A stretch of 13,023 nt of DNA, taken from contig CAVWBU010000053.1 of NCBI GenBank assembly GCA_963753345.1, positions 1-13,023 of the forward strand. The letters are read 5' to 3'. The notes beneath the pieces were generated by a model. That model had not been told where the DNA came from. It saw only the letters and a program-made list of their open reading frames with translations, and searched no databases. The position numbers and the translations under genes are program-made. Source of the stretch: an uncultured Fibrobacterota bacterium. Its GTDB lineage: Bacteria; Fibrobacterota; Chitinivibrionia; Chitinivibrionales; FEN-1185. Below, one piece after another: positions 1-7,962 of the stretch. How positions within the stretch are numbered: the stretch's first letter is position 1; each line of letters begins with the position of its first letter.

Positions 1-6
1 CCCCAC

Positions 7-2564
7 TCACCATGCCTCTCCCTGGCCCTCCGCATATTCCTGCTCTATTGCCGGATCTTCCTGCGCCAGGTTGCGCGCGCGGTTGACATGGAGCATATAC
101 GCGCTGCGATTACGACGCAGTTTGCCACCCGCGCCAATCCCAGCTCCGCATGCGCGTGCCGCGGATTTACCTTGAGGGTACGCTGGTAGAACAGCTCCGC
201 CCAGTATGGCTGGCCGTTTTCGAGGTGGGTTTCGGCCCGTTCGAACAGAGCCTCCGGGCAGCAGGGGGCGATTGCGCCTATTTCCTTGTACACGTCGATT
301 GCGGGCAGATATTTCTGCTGCGCCCGTAAAACCCTGCATAGAAGCATGAGTCCCGGTACATAGTCGGGCCGGGTCGCGCGCAGATCCTCAAGCGCATTCT
401 GGGCCTCCCGCGAATTTCTTGTTCTCGAAAAGCAAGCTGGCATACTCGGTAAGGGTGACGGTGTCGCGCCTCAGATCGAGCATCTTCTTATATTCGCTCA
501 AAAGAGTGTCGGTGCGGCCGGTCCTGCGAAGCAGCTCGACGAGCCGCTCGCGTACCGCAATGTCCTTGGGCGCGCCGGCCTCAGCGCGCTGGAGCACCGC
601 AATCGCGGAGTCGGGTTTTCCCGTTGCGGCGTACCCTGCGCAAGCGCCTTGAGCACGGCAGGATCGGCCGAGGCTGCCTTGCCGGCCGCTTCAAGCTTTT
701 CGATTGCCTCGCCGGTATTGCCCTTTCGCAACATGAGCTCACCGATGCGCGCAGTGGCCTGCGCATCCTGCGGATTCGAGGAGATGCACACCTGCAGGGC
801 GGCGAGTTCGTCGTCGGGCCTTGCGAGCTTTCCGTATACCGCGGCAAGCGCCTTCCAGACCTCGGGCACCGTATCGGCGAGCGCCGCGGCTTTCTTCAAC
901 AGCTCCAGTGCGCGGCCTTGCGTTCCGCCGTCCGCCGAAAGCAGGGTCCCGCTGCGCAGGTAACTGCGAAAGTCTCCGGGATATTTCTTTATGCACTGGT
1001 CGTACAGCGCCAGCGCGGCTTTTGTCGAAGTCTTCTCTTTAAGCAAGGCACGGAAATAGGCAACCGCGGCTGCCTGGCGCCGGGGCGATTGCGCGTATCG
1101 TTCCACCCAGTAACGCATTTTTGCATAATCGTTGGTCCATGAAAGCGAATTCAGCAGCATTTCCACCAGCGCAGTCCACTGAGGCGAACGTGGAGCATTC
1201 GCGGCAGCGCGGGCGAGCAGGGGTGCGGCTTTCGCATACCCCTTGAGCCGGTACTCAGATTCTCCAAGCATCCACAGGTACTCCGGCTTTTCCTTTGTTT
1301 TTCCCGTAACCCTGAGAAGACAGGTCCTTGCGTCTTTGAAATCTCCGCGCAGAAACTTGAGACGGCCGTCAAGAAACGCAGTTGCCGGGTTCTTGCCGCC
1401 TTTGCTGAAAAACAAATCATACGATGCAATTGCCTTTGCAGTGTCTTTTTGCCTGAGGTACACGTCGCCTGCCATCCGGTAAAGCCCTACCGAATCCGGC
1501 AAAAGCCTGATGGCGTTTTCGTAGGCTGCGGCGGCGCCGCTCAAATCTCCGGACTTGAACTTGACCGCCCCAAGCCCGGTAAAAACCGACGGGGTGGTAT
1601 TGGCCATGGCAAGCGCCTTGTTGTACATCTGCTGAGCTTCAGCGTTGCGGTTCGCGGCCGCCAATAGACCGGCCAGAGCCTGGCAGTCCTGGCCGTCTGC
1701 CTGGCCTGATTTGTCGAGCCGCAGAAGAGCGGTCATTGCCTCTTTGCCGCCTTCCAGTTCGAGGGCGAGCCCGGCATACCTTTTGTAAAGATCGACCGTG
1801 GTCGAATCAACGGCGAGCGCGGACCGGTAAAGCGAAAGCGCGCCTTTGCGATTTCCGTTGTCGAAGAATATATCCCCCAACTGACGCTGGGCGCCTGCAT
1901 TGCTGCGGGCCGCGACATACAGCAGTCCGCCGGAATCAACGGCTATGGTTGCCACGGGCTTTACTGATGCGCTGTCGAACAACGCGTACGAGCCCGGCAG
2001 CATTCGGGCGGTGAGCGTGTGCTTGCTCACGTCCTCTTTTTTGCGTCGGTCACCCACGACAAGCGCGGCCGGGTCTCCAAAAGCGGAAGGCGGGGAAACG
2101 ATCATGACCGCGGCCCAGTCTGAGGAGTCCGGCACCGCATCGATTGATGGATGGCTTTTGATGATCTTCTTAAGCGCGCCCTGGTCCGCAGCGTGACTGC
2201 GCAGTGCGGCAAGCAACAGCTGTCCCGCCTCGTCATTGTCCTTAACCAGATACAGCGTCTTTCCGGCCTCAACCGGTATCACGGCTTCGGGTTTGCCGGC
2301 ATTCACCGAGTACACATCGTAATCTCCCGCCTTGACATCTGCCGCAAACACGGCAGGGCCGGTTGCGTATTTCCTGTCTTTTCCGTCAATCGACAGCACC
2401 GCCTGTGCCCCGCCGAACACCGATGGCGGCCGCACAATCACGATGCTGCCGTACAAATCGCCGGTTTTCTCCGGAGTATCTTTTGTTGCGGGAGAGGCGT
2501 GCAATGATGCAACCAGGAAAAATGGCGCAACAGACGATGGAATTATGCAGAGCGGAAGCCGCAT
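7..2564 (-). CDS. Secreted multi-TPR protein with two N-terminal beta-rich repeats; ~852 aa after correcting three single-base indels
   Basis: Signal-peptide-like start (MRLPLCIIPSSVAPFFLVASLHA) and many TPR-like units (e.g. VFTGLGAVKFKSGDLSGAAAAYENAIRLLPD). TPR-like sequence continues through ORFs 388..597, 45..443 and 7..339 if one base is added at CCC 634-636, one removed at CCC 407-409 and one added at TTT 121-123. The exact 3' end is uncertain. Confidence 0.8.
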
Positions 2565-2787
2565 GGCAAGACGTCCCCGTGAAGTGGTGTTTTCAGTAAG
2601 ATACGCCGCGGAGGATGCATCCGCCAGAATTTTTCGAAGGTTCCTCGATAACCGCGAAATTGTGGCAATCCTCGCCGTACGCTTCCTACGGCAGTGATAT
2701 TCGCGCGGTTGTCTATGGCCTTAACTCAAAGCCGGAAACGCCGTATTTCCGGATTTGACAAACCGCGAGCAAATGGAGATGGGTTGG

Positions 2788-2820
2788 AAAAGGGCGTCCC
2801 GGCGGGACGCCCTTGTTTTT
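2788..2820. terminator. Intrinsic terminator, probably bidirectional, directly after the helicase stop
   Basis: Perfect 11-bp stem AAGGGCGTCCC (2790-2800) / GGGACGCCCTT (2804-2814) with a 3-nt loop. T runs follow on both strands (TTTT on minus, TTGTTTTT on plus). Confidence 0.8.
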
Positions 2821-4043
2821 CAGGCAAAACGAGGTGTGCGGTAATACTGTCGTTTTCTTAGGAGCACCGGCGCGCTCTGCGCGACCGGTTCCGGTTCAAC
2901 GCGGCCCGGACAGGTAAAACCGGGATACCGCTTCACCTCGAGACGCTTGCCGGTGAGGTGTTCGATTTTTCGCAGATAGCTCTGTTCTTCGCCCGAAACA
3001 AACGTCACCGCGGTTCCCTTTGCCTCGGCGCGGCCTGTCCTGCCGATGCGATGGATGTAATCTTCGGGAAATGCGGGCGTGTCGTAGTTGACCACATGCG
3101 AAATACCGTCCACGTCGATGCCGCGGGCCGCGAGATCGGTGGCCACCAGCACCTTGAATTCCCTGCGCTTGAACCCATCGAGCGCGCGCTTGCGCTGGCT
3201 CTGCGATCGGTTCGAATGGATGGCCGTCGATCTGATGCCGTTCCGCTCCAGTCGCCGCGAAATCTTGTCTGCCCCGTGCTTCGTGCGCGAAAACACAAGC
3301 ATGGGCCCGATGTTCTCGTTTGCAAGGATATGCATAAGAAGATCCATTTTTGTCGGCTGTGGCACCGAATAGAAAAGCTGTTCCACGGTATCAACGGGCG
3401 TGCAGGGGTCTCCGACCTCGACGTAGTGCGGATTGACAAGGATCTCCGAAACGAGCCGCCGGATATCGTGGGACATTGTCGCGGAAAAGAGCAGTGTCTG
3501 CCGCTGGCGCGGGACCTTGGCGATAATGGTCCGCACCGCCTGGATAAACCCCATGTCGTACATTCTGTCCGCTTCGTCAAGAACAAGGATTTCGATATGG
3601 GTGAGGTCGATGGTCCGGCGTTCGCAATGGTCAAGCAGGCGGCCGGGCGTCGCGACAACAATGTCCGCGCCCTGGCGCAGGCCCCTAAACTGGCGCTCGA
3701 TGTCGACGCCGCCGTAGATGGAGACCGGAAAAAGATTCGAGAACCTGCCATAGGTGCGGATTGAATCCTCAATCTGCTGGCAGAGCTCGCGTGTGGGCGT
3801 CAAAATAAGCGCCCTTGGAAAATGGCCCGTGCGTCCTGAACGGTGTGGCTGGACAAGCCGCTGGAGAATGGGAAGCACGAATGCCGCTGTCTTGCCTGTG
3901 CCTGTGGGCGCACATCCGATGATGTCCCTTCCGTCAAGCGCGAGGGGGATCGCTTTCTTCTGGATTTCGGTGGGCGAAGAGTACCCGGCCGCAGAGACGC
4001 TCCGCAGCATTGTATCGGATAGACCGATAGCTGAAAAACTCAT
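2820..4043 (-). CDS. rhlE: DEAD-box ATP-dependent RNA helicase, RhlE-like
   Basis: Q motif (GYSSPTEIQ), APTGTGKT, PTREL, GG, TPGRL, DEAD, SAT, ARGID and HRIGRTGR are all present. Short C-terminus without a DbpA domain. SD-like AAGGAAGG just upstream. Family assignment is firm; the subfamily is by recalled similarity. Confidence 0.93.
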   Translation of the reverse strand: MSFSAIGLSDTMLRSVSAAGYSSPTEIQKKAIPLALDGRDIIGCAPTGTGKTAAFVLPILQRLVQPHRSGRTGHFPRALILTPTRELCQQIEDSIRTYGRFSNLFPVSIYGGVDIERQFRGLRQGADIVVATPGRLLDHCERRTIDLTHIEILVLDEADRMYDMGFIQAVRTIIAKVPRQRQTLLFSATMSHDIRRLVSEILVNPHYVEVGDPCTPVDTVEQLFYSVPQPTKMDLLMHILANENIGPMLVFSRTKHGADKISRRLERNGIRSTAIHSNRSQSQRKRALDGFKRREFKVLVATDLAARGIDVDGISHVVNYDTPAFPEDYIHRIGRTGRAEAKGTAVTFVSGEEQSYLRKIEHLTGKRLEVKRYPGFTCPGRVEPEPVAQSAPVLLRKRQYYRTPRFA

Positions 4044-4174
4044 AACCTTCCTTTGTGGGGAATATGATGTGGTGACACGCTATTTCTGATGGAGACGAGC
4101 AGGAGGTAGAGAAGAGAGGAGCAGTATCTCGAAAAAACCTTCGCCGGAAATCATCGGAGTGCGAGTCTGGTTTA

Positions 4175-4220
4175 CCGTTCCCCTTTGTTAAGAAAGGGGA
4201 ACGGGTTCTGCATTCGCAGA
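4175..4220 (-). promoter_or_regulatory. Two tandem hairpins at the predicted 5' end of the helicase leader
   Basis: 12-bp perfect stem CCGTTCCCCTTT (4175-4186) / AAAGGGGAACGG (4193-4204), and 5-bp stem TCTGC (4207-4211) / GCAGA (4216-4220). No U-tract follows. Confidence 0.55.
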
Positions 4221-4225
4221 CGTTT

Positions 4226-4254
4226 AATATATCATGTGCCGTTGCGTTTGTATA
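4226..4254 (-). promoter_or_regulatory. Putative sigma70-type promoter of the helicase
   Basis: Minus strand reads TATACA-17 nt-TATATT, with TG one base before the -10 (TGaTATATT, extended -10). Confidence 0.5.
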
Positions 4255-4295
4255 GGAATTAATAAAAAGATTTGTCGGGCACCCGCATATGTTAA

Positions 4296-5110
4296 TTACT
4301 GGTTCCCGATTTTCTCCAACAGAATGCCATGATACTGCATTGATGAAATCCTTTTCCCGTTCACGTTGTAATAAATTCCGTTTCTTCTCATCTGTTTACC
4401 GTCAAGGATGATCACCGCATGCCGGATTGACGCGGTGGGTCGCGCCGCGGGTTTGCTGACAAAAGGCTTGGCCGCGACGGAGATGTTCTGGTTGTTGAAG
4501 GAAATTAAATTTACTTGAGTACGATAGTCGGAATTACTTCCTTCCTCTGAATAAAGAGAGTATAGGCCGATATTCTGGTAGTAGTAATCCCAAAAAGCAC
4601 CACCAGCACCTGCCTGGCCATAGCAAAAGATGGAGTCATTATCCAGCAGGACTTTTTTTAGGCTGTCCTGAGTGATCACATGAGTGTTGTAGAACGGGAA
4701 AATAGGGCAGCGGTAAGGCATATGCTCCACTATGGAATCACCCGATGCAACCGCGGTATCGGTGTAATTCCAGGTAGCGGTCGTGTCTGTGTGTATTCCA
4801 AAGCCGCCAGCATCGTAAACTTTTCTTCCTCGCTCGGAAACGCCGAGGAGAATTGCCGTATCATTTCCTTGCAGGGATTTTGAGGACACTGTTATTGATA
4901 TTGTCAGGGAATCCATTATGGTGGAAAGATATGAGATCCAGTGGAGTAATAATAATATCCGTGGAGTAATAATAATAATTGTAAACCCATTTCGCTCCCA
5001 CCGTCTGTCGGCGCGAAATCGCCGATCATTGCGCAAAACGCGGTGGAGGTAAGCAGCATGATTCCGAAGGTTACGGCCACCATCGTGTTTGATTTGAATG
5101 TCGATGTCAT
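4296..5110 (-). pseudogene. Secreted hypothetical protein with a basic C-terminal tail, frameshifted near 4920-5005 (pseudogene or sequence error)
   Basis: AAGGAG lies 6 nt before ATG 5110. The signal peptide (MTSTFKSNTMVAVTFGIMLLTSTAFCA) is in a frame that stops at 4916, while the body (DSLTISITV...YNVNGKRISSMQYHGILLEK) is in the 4296..5036 frame. Visibly AT-richer than its neighbours. Confidence 0.65.
4941..4977. repeat. 17-bp direct repeat with 20-bp period, containing (AAT)n
   Basis: GTGGAGTAATAATAATA occurs at 4941-4957 and 4961-4977. Confidence 0.95.
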
Positions 5111-5220
5111 AGGCGGCTCCTTTGATTTCGCCATTACACTATTAATATAGAATACGGGGAATGTGAAAGAAGTGTCGCGCAAAGAAAGTGGTTTCTGGCA
5201 GAAAACGCTTACCCTATCAG

Positions 5221-5814
5221 TTACTCCAGCGCCTTCCCCCACATCCCCCCGAACACAAACTCCTTCTGCGGTCTTCTGACCCTTGGCGCGGCTTCCCTCT
5301 CGGCAAGAACGGGAGGCAGCAGCGACGCGTCGCCGGCATATCCCATCGCGATTGCCGTGAGCGGAACAACACCGTCAGGAATGGAGAGCTCCGCAATTGC
5401 TTTCTGCGCATCGAATCCCGCCATCTGATGGACCGAAACCCCTTCGGCGGCAGCCTGAAACGTAAGGTGGGCGGCAGACTGGCCGCAGTCGTAGGCATGC
5501 CATTTGTTGGGCTTTGTGCCGCCCGTAAAGCTAGTGCGGCCGCACACGATCATCAGCACGGCCGCCTGCGAGGCCCACGTCTGGTTGTTGGGAGTGAGAG
5601 TGGAACAAATCCTGCTGAAATCCGGACCCTGGTTTCTGATTCCCGCGATGTAAAACCATTCCTGGTCGTTGTTGCACGACGGCGCCCAGCGGGCCGCTTC
5701 AAAAATCCTCTTGAGAGCGACAGGGTCTATCTGCTTGTCAAGAAACGCGCGCGGACTGTAGCGGTTTGCAAGAAGGGGATGAATGGCGAAATCGGTTTTT
5801 GCGGGATTTTGCAT
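5221..5814 (-). CDS. Nitroreductase family flavoprotein (197 aa)
   Basis: IHPLLANRYSPRAF, FEAARWAPSCNNDQEW, YDCGQSAAHL and HQMAGFD motifs. ATG 5814 has AGGGGAAG upstream. The longer start at 5988 overlaps the upstream gene and is rejected. Confidence 0.9.
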   Translation of the reverse strand: MQNPAKTDFAIHPLLANRYSPRAFLDKQIDPVALKRIFEAARWAPSCNNDQEWFYIAGIRNQGPDFSRICSTLTPNNQTWASQAAVLMIVCGRTSFTGGTKPNKWHAYDCGQSAAHLTFQAAAEGVSVHQMAGFDAQKAIAELSIPDGVVPLTAIAMGYAGDASLLPPVLAEREAAPRVRRPQKEFVFGGMWGKALE

Positions 5815-5869
5815 GATCGGCTTCCCCTGCGGGCGTTGCGGCGGATTGTTTCGAAAACCTATAAGCCAA

Positions 5870-6742
5870 TCATGCCACGATCTTCTTAATGTACTCGGGC
5901 AGCAGAAACGCGCCGCGGTGAATGTCGGGATTGTAATACTGGCACTTTTTGGCGACCGACGCAAACCGCTTCTCGTTGAATTTGTCAAGGTCCGGCCCGT
6001 CCTTGGCGCAGATCACGAAGCTGCACATGCCTTCGGGAAACGACGGCATGGTGCAGGTGTACAGCCGGAATGCCTTGAACAGCGAGGAAATGGTCGCCAC
6101 GGTGGACCGCAGGTACTCGCCGCGGATGGTGGGAGAATCGGTCTGGAACACGGCGATGCCGCCCTTGTCAAGACGTTCGAAGACGAGCCGGTAGAAATCG
6201 GCGGTCTCGAGCGACTGGACCGGCCCGCCCGGATCGTACGAGTCAACGAGTATCACGTCGAACGTCTCCTTGGATTTCTTGAGGTACGAACACCCTTCGG
6301 CGAACTCCGCGCGGCTCCGTTTGTCCGAAAACGATTTGGCTAGGGCCGGGAAATGGGCGGCGACGGCCTCGCGCACCATTTTGTCGATCTCGACCACGAG
6401 CGCGGTCTCGACGTCCTTGTACTTGAGCACCTCCCTGAGTACGCCGCCGTCGCCGCCGCCGATGATGCACACGCGGCGCGGGTCTGCGTGCATGTTCATG
6501 GCGGGGTGGGTGATCGATTCGTGGTAGATGTACTCGTCCCGCTCGGTGAGCACGATGTTGTCCCCGAGCACGAGCACCTTGCCGAACGCGTAGGTGTGAA
6601 ATATCTCGATCTTCTGGAACGGGCTGGCGCCGTAGTACAATGCATGCTTGGCGCGCAGCGTGAATCCCGAAAGCCCGTTCACCAGGTTTTCGAGCCACAG
6701 GGAAGCGTTGCTGCCGGTTTCGTAACGGGGAGTGTTTTCCAT
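5870..6742 (-). CDS. speE: Polyamine aminopropyltransferase (spermidine synthase family), paralog 2
   Basis: SPFQ, TERDEYIYHE, IIGGGDGGVLRE, VEID and ILVDSYDP motifs. SD AAGGA overlaps the upstream stop codon. Substrate specificity is not established. Confidence 0.92.
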   Translation of the reverse strand: MENTPRYETGSNASLWLENLVNGLSGFTLRAKHALYYGASPFQKIEIFHTYAFGKVLVLGDNIVLTERDEYIYHESITHPAMNMHADPRRVCIIGGGDGGVLREVLKYKDVETALVVEIDKMVREAVAAHFPALAKSFSDKRSRAEFAEGCSYLKKSKETFDVILVDSYDPGGPVQSLETADFYRLVFERLDKGGIAVFQTDSPTIRGEYLRSTVATISSLFKAFRLYTCTMPSFPEGMCSFVICAKDGPDLDKFNEKRFASVAKKCQYYNPDIHRGAFLLPEYIKKIVA

Positions 6743-6753
6743 GGTATTATCCT

Positions 6754-7854
6754 TTAGTCAATAACAACGATCTTCGCCTTTGGAAATCCGTTGAACGTGG
6801 TGGCGCTCGCCGTGGTGTATGCGCCCATGGAATCGAACAGGATGACGTCGCCGATCTCGAGCTGCGGCAGCGCGATGTTTTCGTACAGCACGTCGAACGA
6901 GTCGCAGGTTGGGCCCGCGATCACCGAATTGAACGTCTCGCCCGAGCGCGGCACGAACAGCGGATAGTCGGCATGGTCGAACACCTTGCCCGAAAACGAG
7001 CCGTACACCCCTTCGTCAAGATAATACCACCACACGCCGCCGCGCAAGGACTTGCCCATCACCCTCGCGGCGAGCACCATGCACGGCCCCGACAGCACCC
7101 TGCCCGGCTCGGCGATGATGCGGTAATTGGTGAAATAGCGTTCCAGGTATTCGTTGATGGGCTGGCAGAATCGCTGGATGGGCAGCACGGGATTCAGGTA
7201 ATTGATGGGAAAGCCGCCGCCGATGTCGATGACGCTCAGCACAATGCCGCTTAGCGCGGCCTTGCGGCAGATGTCGCGGCAGAAATCGAGCGCCTCAATG
7301 TACTTGAGCGGGTTTTCGTTCTGCGAGCCGGCATGAAAGCTGATGCCCGCAATCGAAAGTCCCATGTCGTGCGCCTTCTGAATAAGCGAAAACGTCTGGG
7401 TGGGCGCGCACCCGAATTTGTGTGACAGATTTACCATGCACGACGGGTTCTGGACGCTCATTCTGACAAGGATCTTCGCACGCTCTTTGTAGGGCAGGAA
7501 TTTTGACAGCTCGAATTCGTTGTCCACCACAAACAGGGACACGCCGAAATCGAGCGCATAGCTGATGTCCGAATCCCGCTTGATGGGATGCGTGTGCATG
7601 CACTTGTCGGCCGTGACCCCGCAGTTCCTTACGATGTCGATTTCGCCGTTAGTGCAGATGTCGAAGGAACTGCCCTCCTGCCTGAGAATGTCGATGATCT
7701 CGGTCTGGGCGTTGGACTTGACAGCGTAAAACAGCTCCACGCCCGGCAGGGACAGGGCGAGGGCGCGAAAACTCTCGCGGAGCCTGCCTTGCGAAAGGAA
7801 AAGGGCGGGCGTGCCGTGCGCCGCAACAAGGCCGGAAAGTCTTGCAAAATCCAT
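6754..7854 (-). CDS. PLP-dependent fold-type III (alanine-racemase fold) ornithine/lysine decarboxylase
   Basis: FYAVKSN (PLP lysine), KFG, FHAGSQ, DIGGGFP, EPGR, GPTCDSFD and GAYT motifs. The 366-aa size and the Asp in VFDH fit the ODC or Lys/Orn decarboxylase type rather than LysA or SpeA. Confidence 0.92.
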   Translation of the reverse strand: MDFARLSGLVAAHGTPALFLSQGRLRESFRALALSLPGVELFYAVKSNAQTEIIDILRQEGSSFDICTNGEIDIVRNCGVTADKCMHTHPIKRDSDISYALDFGVSLFVVDNEFELSKFLPYKERAKILVRMSVQNPSCMVNLSHKFGCAPTQTFSLIQKAHDMGLSIAGISFHAGSQNENPLKYIEALDFCRDICRKAALSGIVLSVIDIGGGFPINYLNPVLPIQRFCQPINEYLERYFTNYRIIAEPGRVLSGPCMVLAARVMGKSLRGGVWWYYLDEGVYGSFSGKVFDHADYPLFVPRSGETFNSVIAGPTCDSFDVLYENIALPQLEIGDVILFDSMGAYTTASATTFNGFPKAKIVVID

Positions 7855-7907
7855 AGGGCGGTCTGCCGCCGGAGGCCTTTCTGAAAAAGGGGACGTAAAA
7901 AGGATAT

Positions 7908-7915
7908 CAAATATA
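7908..7915 (-). promoter_or_regulatory. Possible internal promoter element upstream of the decarboxylase
   Basis: TATATTTG in the 108-bp intergenic gap. The same TATATT core lies upstream of two other genes. No good -35 seen. Confidence 0.3.
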
Positions 7916-7962
7916 CGTTACGTGGGAGCAGCCGTACATGTATTCATTGCCAGCGCAACCGT

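Noticed and set aside
2958-3772. Overlapping ORFs within the helicase and similar short ORFs elsewhere
   Set aside because: They are alternative-frame artefacts of high GC, Arg/Ser/Pro-rich and without motifs.
4175-4204. Intrinsic terminator for the upstream secreted-protein gene
   Set aside because: No U-tract on either side, and it lies downstream of a plausible promoter.
4941-4977. CRISPR array or diversity-generating retroelement repeat pair
   Set aside because: Only two adjacent copies separated by 3 nt, with no spacers, cas genes, reverse transcriptase or adenine-specific mismatches.
5192-5204. Palindrome TTTCTG-G-CAGAAA
   Set aside because: Too short, single occurrence, and it forms no convincing terminator.
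5111-5242. Upstream extension of ORF 4916..5242
   Set aside because: It crosses AT-rich intergenic DNA and the nitroreductase end. The AAGGAG-preceded ATG at 5110 is the better start.
5815-5988. N-terminal extension of the nitroreductase ORF
   Set aside because: It overlaps the APT2 3' end. Family similarity and an SD both point to ATG 5814.
6754-7854. lysA, speA or E. coli-type speC assignment
   Set aside because: Length and motifs fit the short fold-III ODC type. SpeC is a fold-I enzyme and SpeA is much longer.
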